Shown in pieces: positions 1-8,725 of a stretch of DNA of 64,000 bases. This DNA comes from a candidate division FCPU426 bacterium (GTDB lineage: Bacteria; Oederibacteriota; Muellerivitia; Muellerivitales; Muellerivitaceae), in assembly GCA_963738405.1 (NCBI GenBank), contig CAVTWJ010000016.1, positions 33,507-97,506 on the forward strand, written 5' to 3'. Numbering within the stretch: position 1 is the first letter of the stretch; each line of letters starts with the position of its first letter. The position numbers and the translations under genes are program-made. The notes under the pieces are model-generated. The model did no database searches. It saw only the letters and a list, made by a program, of their open reading frames with translations, and was not told the DNA's origin.

Positions 1-987
1 CAGTTTGGAATAAACAATGCCGTTTTTTAAAGATTTCAAAGTGGCCAAACCTGCCGCCATGGCAACCGGATTGCCGGATAGGGTTCCGGCCTGGTAAACG
101 GGCCCAAGAGGGGCTATCTGATCCATCAGTTCTTCCCTGCCCCCATAGGCCCCAACCGGCATGCCGCCGCCGATGATCTTTCCGAGGGTCGTCAGGTCGG
201 GTTTAATTTTATAAAGTTCCTGCGCTCCGCCAAAAGCGACCCGGAAGCCGCACATGACCTCGTCAAATATCAGGAGCGAGCCATTCTTAAGGGTCATTTC
301 CCTCAAACCCTCCAAAAAACCGGGTGCGGGAGGCACCAGACCCATGTTTCCGGCGATGGGTTCCACAATGACCGCCGCGATGTCCTTAAAACGGTCGAAG
401 GCTTGGCTTACCGCCTCCAGGTCGTTGTAAGGCAGGCTCAGGGTCAACGAGGCGATTTCCTCGGGAACTCCCGGGCTGTCCGGAAGCCCCAAGGTGGCAG
501 GGCCGCTTCCGGCCGCTACCAGCAAAGAATCCCCATGGCCGTGGTAACAGCCGTCGAACTTGAGAATTCTTTTCCGCCCTGTCGCCGCGCGGGCCAGACG
601 GATGGCGCTGAAGGTGGCCTCGGTGCCGGAAGAAACAAAACGGATTTTCTCGATGGAGGGATAGGCTTCTTTAACCAGCATCGCCAATTCCCCTTCCAAG
701 GGGGAAGGAGCGCCAAAGGTGAAGCCTTTGCGCATGGTCTTTTGAACTTGGTTCAGCACCTTTAAGGGCGCATGGCCCAGAATCAGCGGTCCCCAGGAAC
801 CCACTAGGTCGATGTAGCGGTTCCCATCCGCGTCGATTAGATAAGGTCCCTTGCCCCGTACGAAAAAGATGGGTGTTCCGCCCACGCCCTTAAAGGCGCG
901 AACCGGGCTGTTAACGCCGCCCACCAAATGTTTTTTGGCGAGTTCGAATAGTTTTTTGGAACGTTGGTTTGAATATTCAGGGGGCAT
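1..987 (-). CDS. hemL: Glutamate-1-semialdehyde 2,1-aminomutase (3' end runs off the window)
   Basis: Manual translation from ATG 987: [73 protein letters not shown]; later [37 protein letters not shown]. Absent from the ORF track because it has no stop in the window. Confidence 0.97.
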   Translation of the reverse strand, partial: MPPEYSNQRSKKLFELAKKHLVGGVNSPVRAFKGVGGTPIFFVRGKGPYLIDADGNRYIDLVGSWGPLILGHAPLKVLNQVQKTMRKGFTFGAPSPLEGELAMLVKEAYPSIEKIRFVSSGTEATFSAIRLARAATGRKRILKFDGCYHGHGDSLLVAAGSGPATLGLPDSPGVPEEIASLTLSLPYNDLEAVSQAFDRFKDIAAVIVEPIAGNMGLVPPAPGFLEGLREMTLKNGSLLIFDEVMCGFRVAFGGAQELYKIKPDLTTLGKIIGGGMPVGAYGGREELMDQIAPLGPVYQAGTLSGNPVAMAAGLATLKSLKNGIVYSKL

Positions 988-1081
988 GGGGGCTCGTAGT
1001 AAGTGTGTTGGTGTTTTGGTCAGTTTAACTGAAGAGGAAGAGAGTGACAACGACCGGGGTTAAGGAATGCGAGAGCTTTAG

Positions 1082-1109
1082 TGTCCAATCCGGGTCCCCA
1101 TCGTGGACA
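1082..1109. repeat. 28-bp palindromic repeat, degenerate copy
   Basis: TGTCCAATCCGGGTCCCCATCGTGGACA; 24/28 identical to 1893-1920. Confidence 0.8.
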
Positions 1110-1130
1110 GCTCCAAAAAGTGCGAACCTT

Positions 1131-1886
1131 TTAATAATTCTTTAACTGCATTTTTTCCATCGCCACCTTAGTTATGTTGGGATAAAAATTAATTTTACAT
1201 TCTATCTGGCCATTGCGATCTAAAAGCCCCACCCTTCCCAAGGGGTAAATTGGCCCTTTAACAAAAGTAAAAGAGGCTTCGTTTTGAACATCCACCTCAA
1301 CACTTTGATCGTTTAATTTTTTTAAATGAAAATCACCGCAAGAATAATAAGATTTTAAGCTCAGTACTTTTGAACCCGGAAGGCTATCAGAAAAAACACC
1401 CAAATCGGCACTATAACAAAGGTCTCCAGGTATGCTCCTAACAAAAACTAATTCTTGCTTCCCATCTCTTTTCAAATCCGCAATGCAATATTCCTTAACA
1501 TTAAATCCAAGATGATAAACTTTCATATCTTTTATTAAAAAGGTATCCCCTGCGTTAATTTGCACTTTATCATTCTTGTCGAGCTCATCGATTACAAACA
1601 CCTGGCCATTTAAACCCACCCAAACTTCCTTAGTCGTTACTTCTTTGACGGGAAATATTTGATCTTTTTCAATTGGGACGGAATTCTTAAACTCGTTAAA
1701 AAGCCATGCCTCAATTAGTTTTTCTGCTTTTGAATTTGAAATTCGCCCGGAATCAGTTCCGCGAGAGGTGGTCTCTTCAGCGTTGAGTTTCCCTAAAAAC
1801 AAATCATGATTGGAAATAATAAATAATGCCATAACCAGCCCTACCAAAAGATTTTTCTTCATGAGTTTCATTAGGCCTCTCAACAT
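1131..1886 (-). CDS. Hypothetical secreted protein, AT-rich
   Basis: 251-aa ORF; signal-like N-terminus (KKNLLVGLVMALFII); one FG-GAP/VCBS-like motif IADLKRDGKQELVF. Confidence 0.75.
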   Translation of the reverse strand: MLRGLMKLMKKNLLVGLVMALFIISNHDLFLGKLNAEETTSRGTDSGRISNSKAEKLIEAWLFNEFKNSVPIEKDQIFPVKEVTTKEVWVGLNGQVFVIDELDKNDKVQINAGDTFLIKDMKVYHLGFNVKEYCIADLKRDGKQELVFVRSIPGDLCYSADLGVFSDSLPGSKVLSLKSYYSCGDFHLKKLNDQSVEVDVQNEASFTFVKGPIYPLGRVGLLDRNGQIECKINFYPNITKVAMEKMQLKNY

Positions 1887-1892
1887 GTTACC

Positions 1893-1920
1893 TGTCCACG
1901 ACGGGTCCCCGTCGTGGACA
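1893..1920. repeat. 28-bp palindromic repeat, perfect 13-bp arms
   Basis: TGTCCACGACGGG-TC-CCCGTCGTGGACA just downstream of the hemB stop. Confidence 0.85.
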
Positions 1921-1934
1921 AAGAAAAATCGAAA

Positions 1935-2912
1935 TTAGGAATGTTGGAAATATTTCGCCGCTTCCTTGGCCCAATAGGTCACGATCCTGTCCGCCCCGGC
2001 GCGTTTGATGGCCAGCAGGCTTTCCGCCATGGCGGCTTCCTCGTTCAGCCAGCCCATCTTCCCCGCGGCCTTGATCATCGAATATTCGCCAGAGACGTGG
2101 TAGGCCCAGATGGGCGCGAGAAACCGGGTCTTGGCTTTGGTGATGATATCCAAAGCTGTCAAAGCGGGCTTCACCATCACGGCGTCAGCCCCCTCTTCTA
2201 AATCCAGCATGATTTCTTTCATGGCTTCCCTGCTATTGGTCGAGGGCATCTGATAGCTTTTGCGGTCGCCGAAGGCGGGGGTGGAATCGGCGGCGTCCCG
2301 GAACGGCCCATAAAAAGCGGAAGAAAATTTGGCGGCGTAGCTTAAAAGCAATGTGTCGGGAAAGCCGCTCTTGTCCAGGGCTTTTCGTATGGCGCCTACC
2401 CGCCCATCCATCATGTCCGAAGGGGCGACGATATCGGCTCCGGCATCGGCGTGGGACAGGGCGATTTTTTGAAGCAGTCCCAATGTGGAGTCGTTATCCA
2501 CTTCCTTGCCGTTCAACAACCCGCAATGGCCGTGGGAGGTGTATTCACAGGCGCAGACATCGGTAATGACGACCAGGGTTGGAATTTCTTTTTTGAGCAG
2601 CCGAACCGCTTTTTGCACGATCCCGGTTTTGGCGAAGGCCTGGCTTGCTTGGTTGTCTTTCGTTTTAGGCAGGCCGAACAACAAGACGGCGGGAATGCCC
2701 AGGGTATGGGCCTGATGGGCCTCATGGACCAAGGAAGTCAGGCTGTGGCGCCTCACCCCCGGCATGCTTTCAATGGCCTCCGAACCCTTTAAGCCCTCCG
2801 CCACAAAAAGGGGCAAAACAAAATCTGCGGCGGATAAACGGGTTTCCTGAAAAAGGGCCCGAATGCCCTTGGTCTTGCGCAACCGGCGCATACGGTTCGT
2901 GGGATAGGACAA
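1935..2912 (-). CDS. hemB: Porphobilinogen synthase (delta-aminolevulinate dehydratase)
   Basis: RMRRLR, DVCACEYTSHGHCG, APSDMMDGRV, FYGPFRDA, MVKP, AYHVSGEY; TTG start at 2912 follows AGGAG (ORF track starts at 2939). Confidence 0.97.
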   Translation of the reverse strand: MSYPTNRMRRLRKTKGIRALFQETRLSAADFVLPLFVAEGLKGSEAIESMPGVRRHSLTSLVHEAHQAHTLGIPAVLLFGLPKTKDNQASQAFAKTGIVQKAVRLLKKEIPTLVVITDVCACEYTSHGHCGLLNGKEVDNDSTLGLLQKIALSHADAGADIVAPSDMMDGRVGAIRKALDKSGFPDTLLLSYAAKFSSAFYGPFRDAADSTPAFGDRKSYQMPSTNSREAMKEIMLDLEEGADAVMVKPALTALDIITKAKTRFLAPIWAYHVSGEYSMIKAAGKMGWLNEEAAMAESLLAIKRAGADRIVTYWAKEAAKYFQHS

Positions 2913-2982
2913 AGTAACTCCTTGTTTCCTGCTTTTCACTCGGTGGCGAAAAGCGGGTCTTGAATCGGCTTTGTTTTGGTTC

Positions 2983-3354
2983 TTACTTCGCGGGCGGGTT
3001 CTGCGAAAGATAAACCTTCAAGGCCTCGATATCTTCTTCCTTCATGGCCAAGAAATGAAGCCCTAAGCCTTCCGAGTTGGACCAAACCACCTCGGCAAAG
3101 GCCGCGATCGCCGTGGTTTGTCCCGGAATGGTCATATCCAGCCGCAGGATGCTTCCCACATTGACGGCGACATCGGCGACCAAATAAAGCCCGCCCATAC
3201 TTAAGTCCATTGTCCGGCTGGTTTTATTCTTATGTTCACGGTTGAAAACCGTTTCAATTTCTTTCGAATCCTCGATCAGGCGGAATTTGACTGGGACATG
3301 GGCCGAAACCCGTGGGTGAACCCTTTTCTCAAGGTACATTTTCGCATCAGGCAT
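2983..3354 (-). CDS. PilZ-domain (c-di-GMP-binding) protein
   Basis: RxxxR (EKRVHPRV) and DxSxxG (DLSMGG) motifs, AEVVW, GLGLHF; ATG 3354 follows AAGGAG. Confidence 0.88.
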   Translation of the reverse strand: MPDAKMYLEKRVHPRVSAHVPVKFRLIEDSKEIETVFNREHKNKTSRTMDLSMGGLYLVADVAVNVGSILRLDMTIPGQTTAIAAFAEVVWSNSEGLGLHFLAMKEEDIEALKVYLSQNPPAK

Positions 3355-3523
3355 GGTTGCGCTCCTTAAATCGTTCAGGGCCATAAACAAACTTCTGAAC
3401 TAAAATACATCACATATTACCCTTTTGGCCCAGCTCCGCCTCTTACAAATAAGTTAAATAAACACGGATTTATATGAGATTTTAACTTTTTTGGTAAAAC
3501 GACTGCTACCGGTTGATCAAACG

Positions 3524-3568
3524 AAAAAGAAAAACCCCGCGAAAACATTACTTTGTCTTCACGAGGTT
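3524..3568 (-). terminator. Intrinsic terminator downstream of the TA-like pair
   Basis: Minus strand AACCTCGTGAAGACA-aagtaa-TGTTTTCGCGGGGTT, 15-bp stem with three G-U pairs, then TTTCTTTTT. Confidence 0.75.
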
Positions 3569-3636
3569 CGATTTCGTCTAAAGTTGCGAGGGTCATTTTC
3601 TTGTCTTTTTGGACTCCCCCGTCTCAAACATAGTGT

Positions 3637-3960
3637 TTAGCGAATATTGTGTTTCTTCATTAATTCCTTTGTAGAAACCCATCCACCCTTTTTCTTAGAG
3701 CGGTTAATAGACTCTTCTATTTCCTTAGCCTCTTTTTCATTCGCATTAATGAAATTCAAAGGAACATGTTTAGTAATAACACGCTCAATTTCGTGAGTAA
3801 TTTTACGAATAGTCGTATTAGCACCAACTTCATCACTAAGAACAACACTAACAGCATGGTCGATAAATTGGTTCATATTCTTGTAATGAAGCTTGGTTAT
3901 TACCAAACGTTCTAGTTTTCGCTTTCCAATTGCAGGGCGATAGCTAATTGGAGCTTCCAT
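3637..3960 (-). CDS. Putative antitoxin-like / RHH-like small protein
   Basis: 107 aa; GGAGG RBS; NMNQFIDHAV helix resembles RHH helix 2; C-terminal EIEESINRSKKKGGWVSTKELMK resembles antitoxin tails. Function is inference. Confidence 0.5.
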   Translation of the reverse strand: MEAPISYRPAIGKRKLERLVITKLHYKNMNQFIDHAVSVVLSDEVGANTTIRKITHEIERVITKHVPLNFINANEKEAKEIEESINRSKKKGGWVSTKELMKKHNIR

Positions 3961-3987
3961 AACACGCCTCCCGCTCTCTATTGTTAT

Positions 3988-4011
3988 TTAATATATTAAC
4001 ATATTAACATA
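3988..4011. promoter_or_regulatory. Three tandem 8-bp repeats, candidate operator
   Basis: TTAATATA-TTAACATA-TTAACATA upstream of the 107-aa gene. Confidence 0.5.
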
Positions 4012-4028
4012 ATTACTAAAAGATGCTT

Positions 4029-4331
4029 TTATGATGCTTTTTGTGGCTTTGGACGTAGTCGAAATCGGTCAATTTCCACAGCCTGAATTCGGTGTTGTTT
4101 ATCGTAAGTGATCTTACCTTGAATATCGAAAATGACATGGTTATCCGATTTGAAATAACCTTTGCCTTCCTTTTCATGAATGTCTCCCCATTTTTCGGGC
4201 GGGAAATCATCTAACTCTCTTAAGTAACGTCCTGCAAGCCCACACACGGAAGGATTTTCTAACAACTCCGCAAATTCCTTTTGGGCTTGCGGAGATAATG
4301 AAACCTCAATTTTACCAATGTTATCTCTCAT
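4029..4331 (-). CDS. Putative RelE/ParE-fold protein
   Basis: 100 aa; N-terminal IEVSLSPQAQKEFAEL pattern and C-terminal beta strands with basic tail fit the RelE/ParE superfamily; divergent. Confidence 0.45.
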   Translation of the reverse strand: MRDNIGKIEVSLSPQAQKEFAELLENPSVCGLAGRYLRELDDFPPEKWGDIHEKEGKGYFKSDNHVIFDIQGKITYDKQHRIQAVEIDRFRLRPKPQKAS

Positions 4332-4448
4332 TGCTGTTATTTTCCGCGCCTTAGTTTTTTTGGCTTCTGCGACAGTCTATTGAGCGAACTTCTTATTTGA
4401 GGTCCTGATCAACCTATTTTCCGCTTCTCAAGTCCGTTAAAAGGTAGG

Positions 4449-5753
4449 TTATTTTTCCACTTCCGGGCTTTTATCGAGCGTCACTTTGATTCCTATTGAA
4501 AAGCTTTGATAGCTGGTATTAAGCGCGCTGGACCCGCTCGGTGAAATGACCTGGGGCGGATAACTTGGATTATTTGAGAAAAGGCTGACAACCGGGAATT
4601 GCCCGGAAAGAAAAATTTGAAAATCGTCGTTGAGGTCGTAACCCAAATAAAGCCCCGTCTCGAGACCATAGGAACCGAAGGTGTAATCTGGGGCTGGAAT
4701 GTCATAGGCAACGGTTGTTCCTGCCGATGGCACTGTTTTATCAATCATCACATTGGTCATGCTGATGCTTTGGTAGGTCAACCCGGCAAAGGGACTGATT
4801 TTAAGCGGGCTTTCCAAAGGCAATTCGTAAAGAAACCGAATATCAAAACCGATGGCCGTCAGGTTCGGGTTTACGTTGCCGCTAAGATAGGATCTTTGAT
4901 CGACCGTTTGATCCTTGGTGATTTCCGACGTAAAAAGAGAAATAAACCCGCCGATTTCCAAGGAGATATTTCCGCCGAAAGAACGTCCAATGGCCCCGTT
5001 GAAGCCGTAGCCCCCGGTGACTTTGGGGAGGAAAAAATAAGGCTGGGCCTGACCCAACCCGACAGCGGTACCGTTTGTCTGGCCCAATTCATTCCCGTCG
5101 AAATTGTTCCAAAGACCCGGCAACGAAGCCCCTACACGGAAATAATCTCCCGCTCCCTCAATTTTCGCTTCCCTTCCAGTACCCGCTTCTGAGGTTGCGG
5201 ATGGCGCGGGTAGCTTGTTGGGAGTTTCTTTTAATGGGGTCTCAACCTGGGGCGTCGTAGAAGGAGTGGTCTGTTCTGTTCCAAGACTTTCCAAACCTTT
5301 TTTTGCCGTTTCATTTTGCGGGTCGGCTTCCAACGCGGCCATGTAATAGGTCCTGGCCAAATTCAAACGGCTCTCGGACCCCTGGTGATTCTGGTAAATA
5401 TCCCCTAAGTCCGCGTTCGCTTGCGCGACTTCGGGCGTTTTAGTTCCTAAATCCACCGAAGCCAAGGCCTGGGGCAGTAAATCGAGGGCTGTCTTGTAAT
5501 CTTGGGATGTGTAGGCCGCCAGGCCTCTTTTGAATAGATCAGAACCCGATGTAGTGCCAAGTAAAGAGACAGGGATGGTGAGCGTCGTTTCAGGGGTTGG
5601 GATTATAAGTTGAGTTGCGTCTTGGGCCGTAGGCGAGGCAGTGGCTTCTTGCCCTCTCACTTGTGCCGCCAAACCCATCACGCAAACAAACAATAAAGCC
5701 TGGAGACCGATGAATGACAAATCGAATTCTTTTCGCATTGAAGTTCCGTTCAT
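4449..5753 (-). CDS. Secreted TPR-repeat protein with C-terminal outer-membrane beta-barrel-like domain
   Basis: Signal peptide; TPR helices (LFKRGLAAYTSQDYKTA, YYMAALEADPQNETAKKGL); Thr/Pro linker; amphipathic strands (SPFAGLTYQ, YGLETGLYLGY, FSIGIKVTL). Confidence 0.65.
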   Translation of the reverse strand: MNGTSMRKEFDLSFIGLQALLFVCVMGLAAQVRGQEATASPTAQDATQLIIPTPETTLTIPVSLLGTTSGSDLFKRGLAAYTSQDYKTALDLLPQALASVDLGTKTPEVAQANADLGDIYQNHQGSESRLNLARTYYMAALEADPQNETAKKGLESLGTEQTTPSTTPQVETPLKETPNKLPAPSATSEAGTGREAKIEGAGDYFRVGASLPGLWNNFDGNELGQTNGTAVGLGQAQPYFFLPKVTGGYGFNGAIGRSFGGNISLEIGGFISLFTSEITKDQTVDQRSYLSGNVNPNLTAIGFDIRFLYELPLESPLKISPFAGLTYQSISMTNVMIDKTVPSAGTTVAYDIPAPDYTFGSYGLETGLYLGYDLNDDFQIFLSGQFPVVSLFSNNPSYPPQVISPSGSSALNTSYQSFSIGIKVTLDKSPEVEK

Positions 5754-5805
5754 TTAATTTTACCAATTGAGATTTTTTCTAAAAGCGAACTACTTTAACC
5801 TTTTT

Positions 5806-6696
5806 TTACGATTCAAAATACCGATCCGCGAGGAATTTTTGAAAAATCTCCCGAAGCTCCGAAATCGGGGCTAGGTTTTCGTAGAGATGGTAGGTATCTC
5901 CCGATTTGGTTGTCATGGCTAAATAATATTTTTTAAAGTTTCCCCTGTTCGAATCGTACTTGACGTTGAATTTGCTGATATCTTCCCTCACCAAGACCTT
6001 GCGCCGAAAGGCGGTCCGGACCGCCGCCTCGTTATCGTTGACCGTCAGGGCAAAAACCCTGCCGACAAGGAAGGGATAAAGCCCTACAAGGACGACCGCG
6101 AGGAAAAACACCACCCTCCATTGGTCCAGCCTGATCTCCTGATCAGAAAAGACTAAGGTCAAGGTCAGCAAGATAATCCCATACCAAGCGAGGGTCCCAA
6201 GGATGTAGGTGGTTTTGGAGCTTAGGCGAATCGGAAATTCGGGAAGCCTTAAGTTTTTGCCGCATCGTTTCGATATTTCATTCAAAAGCCCGTCATAGAA
6301 CTTCAACTTGCGGCTGATCTCAATGGTCTTTTTTCGGGTAAGGTCCTGAAGCAGGTAGGCTTCCTTCGTGTAATGTTCGTGAAGATAGGCTACTTCCCCC
6401 CAAGAGATAAATTCTTTCGGTCTCTTTCCCAGCAGATCGTAAATTCCCTTGAAGTCATAGGCCACTCTACGGTTTCTTTTAGCCCAAATCATCACTTCCA
6501 CAGCCAGGCATATCACCACCAATATCCCAAAAATGATGATCGTACTTTTGGTGCTATTGTCGTGGATTGAGTAACTAAGGCCCATGCCGAAGAGAAGGAC
6601 CAGAATAATGGCCAGCACCAACAACTGCCCCGCCCAATAGCCAGGTTGGGGCACTTCGTAGATATCGTCGTAAGAGGCGGATTCGTTATCGATCAA
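5806..6696 (-). CDS. Hypothetical membrane protein with two (2TM + soluble bPH-like) repeats
   Basis: 296 aa; two pairs of hydrophobic helices each followed by a beta-rich segment (ISWGEV; LVREDISKF). Confidence 0.65.
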   Translation of the reverse strand: MIDNESASYDDIYEVPQPGYWAGQLLVLAIILVLLFGMGLSYSIHDNSTKSTIIIFGILVVICLAVEVMIWAKRNRRVAYDFKGIYDLLGKRPKEFISWGEVAYLHEHYTKEAYLLQDLTRKKTIEISRKLKFYDGLLNEISKRCGKNLRLPEFPIRLSSKTTYILGTLAWYGIILLTLTLVFSDQEIRLDQWRVVFFLAVVLVGLYPFLVGRVFALTVNDNEAAVRTAFRRKVLVREDISKFNVKYDSNRGNFKKYYLAMTTKSGDTYHLYENLAPISELREIFQKFLADRYFES

Positions 6697-6701
6697 AAAA
6701 G

Positions 6702-6854
6702 CTAACCCTTAGTGCGGATGGTGGTTGAAGAAATACAATAAAAACCCAAAATTAGAAACATGAAAAGTCCATAAAACAAGAACCCTTGGAATTGGTAAAA
6801 GAGAGCCCATCGGATCAATTTCGGAGTTAAAGCAACGCTTATTTCACGGTCCAT
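6702..6854 (-). pseudogene. Short/truncated paralog of the upstream YcxB-like gene
   Basis: AGGAG RBS then MDREISVALTPKLIRWALFYQFQGFLFYGLFMFLILGFYCISSTTIRTKG*; starts MDREISV like the 7428 gene. Confidence 0.6.
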
Positions 6855-6861
6855 ATAACTC

Positions 6862-7428
6862 CTAGGGCGAGTGGCGCATCAGCAAATACATGCAAACCGC
6901 GAAAACAAAAAGAAAAAAAGCCAGCCTCATATATCCACCTTTCACCCCTCCATTTTCCTTCAGCACTTTTTCGGTCAAAAAATATTTTAGTTCGTCATCC
7001 AAAAGTTCCGTAGGGATGACATAGGCCTTTTCCGATCCGTAGATCAGCCTCCAAAGTTTCGTGTCTTTTTGAATTCTCTTGATCACGTTCCACGGGTTTT
7101 GTTCTGAACCCAGTTCAGAATTAACATAAAACCATTCATCGGTGAACCGGTACTTGATCAGGGGCTCCTTCATTTTTTGAATCATGACCATGTTCTTGTG
7201 ATAGAGGTTGTAAAAAATAAACCAGCACCAAAGAAGAATGAGGACGATGGGCATGATTTTTCCAAAATAATCGCGCGGAATAAGAGGGCCGCTAGTTATC
7301 AAGTGCAGCAGGATTGCAGCAGCCCCCAAAATAGGAAAAGCGAACCCAATAATGATGGATTTAATCCGATATAAAAATGCCAAACGAAAAAGCCCGGCAT
7401 TGAGATGAACGCTTATTTCCCGGTCCAT
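6862..7428 (-). CDS. YcxB-like membrane protein
   Basis: Two TM helices then YRFTDEWFYV...PWNVIKRI...AYVIPTELL; likely start MDREISV at 7428. Confidence 0.7.
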   Translation of the reverse strand: MDREISVHLNAGLFRLAFLYRIKSIIIGFAFPILGAAAILLHLITSGPLIPRDYFGKIMPIVLILLWCWFIFYNLYHKNMVMIQKMKEPLIKYRFTDEWFYVNSELGSEQNPWNVIKRIQKDTKLWRLIYGSEKAYVIPTELLDDELKYFLTEKVLKENGGVKGGYMRLAFFLFVFAVCMYLLMRHSP

Positions 7429-7524
7429 ATCGCCCCTCTTAAAACCGAAATTCACGCCATTGCTTATTCAGTTTACCCAAGCGAATCGGAAAGGCAAAGC
7501 ACGCAGAAAGGGCAAGAGTAATGG

Positions 7525-7677
7525 TTATTTATTAGTTTTATGAGGATACAAAGGGGGCTCGTTCTGGATGATCTCCCCAGTTAATCGGTAGAGGTCGTCA
7601 CCTGCTTCGAGACCACAAGTCGAGGAGCACGTCTTGGTTGCACCAATGTCCGAGAAAGACATTGGTGTATTGGTCAT
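7525..7677 (-). pseudogene. Rhs stub: start of a third cassette, truncated
   Basis: MTNTPMSFSDIGATKTCSSTCGLEAGDDLYRLTGEIIQNEPPLYPHKTNK*; nearly the same as the N-terminus of ORF 8726-10231, then diverges. Confidence 0.75.
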
Positions 7678-7950
7678 TTAATCGGAATGGATTTTGAGAG
7701 GGTGTTTAACTGGGTATTCAGGTCGGCCACCTGGGCATCGGTGAGGGTTTTGGAGTTGTTCGCTTTGAGGTCGGCTGATTCCTGTTTGCGGATCGCGTCC
7801 ACCTGGGTTTTGAGGGTCTTGGCCTGGGCTTTGGTCAGTTTCCCAGCCTTAACTTCCCTCTGAATTTGGATGTTCTGCTGGCGAAGGCGAACCGTCAGGC
7901 GGTTCATGGGAGTATTGGGGAGGACTTTGGGTGCGGTGGGGGTGGGCATG
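7559..7950. repeat. ~390-bp direct repeat, copy A
   Basis: Matches 10113-10503; covers the mature part of the 112-aa gene, the hairpin junction and the first Rhs codons. Confidence 0.92.
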
Positions 7951-8012
7951 GTTGTGGCAAAGGCCACACTTTGAGTCAGGACCAATGCAAAAACGAATGA
8001 TGAGTATTTCAT
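7674..8012 (-). CDS. Small secreted helical protein, paralog A
   Basis: 112 aa with signal peptide; mature part nearly identical to 10228-10566. Confidence 0.85.
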   Translation of the reverse strand: MKYSSFVFALVLTQSVAFATTMPTPTAPKVLPNTPMNRLTVRLRQQNIQIQREVKAGKLTKAQAKTLKTQVDAIRKQESADLKANNSKTLTDAQVADLNTQLNTLSKSIPIK

Positions 8013-8171
8013 AATTCCTTCTTTATCTCAAAATTTAGTATTAGCACAGTTCTCTATTACTTACTCAATTTCTTCAACCGGGAGGCTTAATGACCTCGAC
8101 GGAATTTTTGCACCATAAGGCGAAGCCATACTTAAAAAAACAAAAAACAACATTTCAGCTTTAGTAGATTT

Positions 8172-8714
8172 CTATCTTTCATGGCCATCCGTTTTAAACG
8201 CCTTTTCCATTGATGAGGCAAATTTATTGAGATTTTCGTTTTTGTTTGCAGAACACTTTTTGATTATTCCCATCATTTTTTTAAGTTCACTATCGTCGAT
8301 TTCTTGAACTATTTTGTAATTGTCAATTATCAACAAGACCTGATAATTGGCCTCTGATTGCATTTTTTCAGTGCTTAAAAACAATGATTTAATTTTTAAA
8401 GACATCCCCTTTAAAAGAGAGTCACTGACAATGAATTGATTCGGATTCATCGACGTATCTTTTATCAAATAATTCAATTCACTAACGCTTAGTTCTTTTT
8501 CTGTAATCGTAATTAAAGGTTGCATCAAATCAGAACTGCCAATGAAATAAATAAATATTCCATTTGTGCAATTGGAATATTTATCAATACCGACACCCCC
8601 CAAAGGGCCGCTCGCAATCGAACTGTGTGTTTTTACAAGGTTATTATCTGCAAACAACTTTATAGAAAATATCCCCATCAAAAAAAGTAATAAAACAAAA
8701 ATTATATTTTTCAC
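8172..8714 (-). CDS. Putative secreted immunity/partner protein of Rhs tip 2
   Basis: 180 aa, AT-rich, signal peptide ending LFA, starts 11 nt after the Rhs-CT stop. Confidence 0.6.
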   Translation of the reverse strand: MKNIIFVLLLFLMGIFSIKLFADNNLVKTHSSIASGPLGGVGIDKYSNCTNGIFIYFIGSSDLMQPLITITEKELSVSELNYLIKDTSMNPNQFIVSDSLLKGMSLKIKSLFLSTEKMQSEANYQVLLIIDNYKIVQEIDDSELKKMMGIIKKCSANKNENLNKFASSMEKAFKTDGHER

Positions 8715-8725
8715 TCTTCCCTCGT

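Noticed and set aside
403..1063. Short ORFs listed over the first kilobase
   Set aside because: Shadow frames of hemL, which occupies 1-987 on the minus strand.
8061..8153. 30-aa hydrophobic mini-ORF MLFFVFLSMASPYGAKIPSRSLSLPVEEIE
   Set aside because: Could be a signal-peptide remnant, but has no clear RBS and is easily explained by T-rich sequence.
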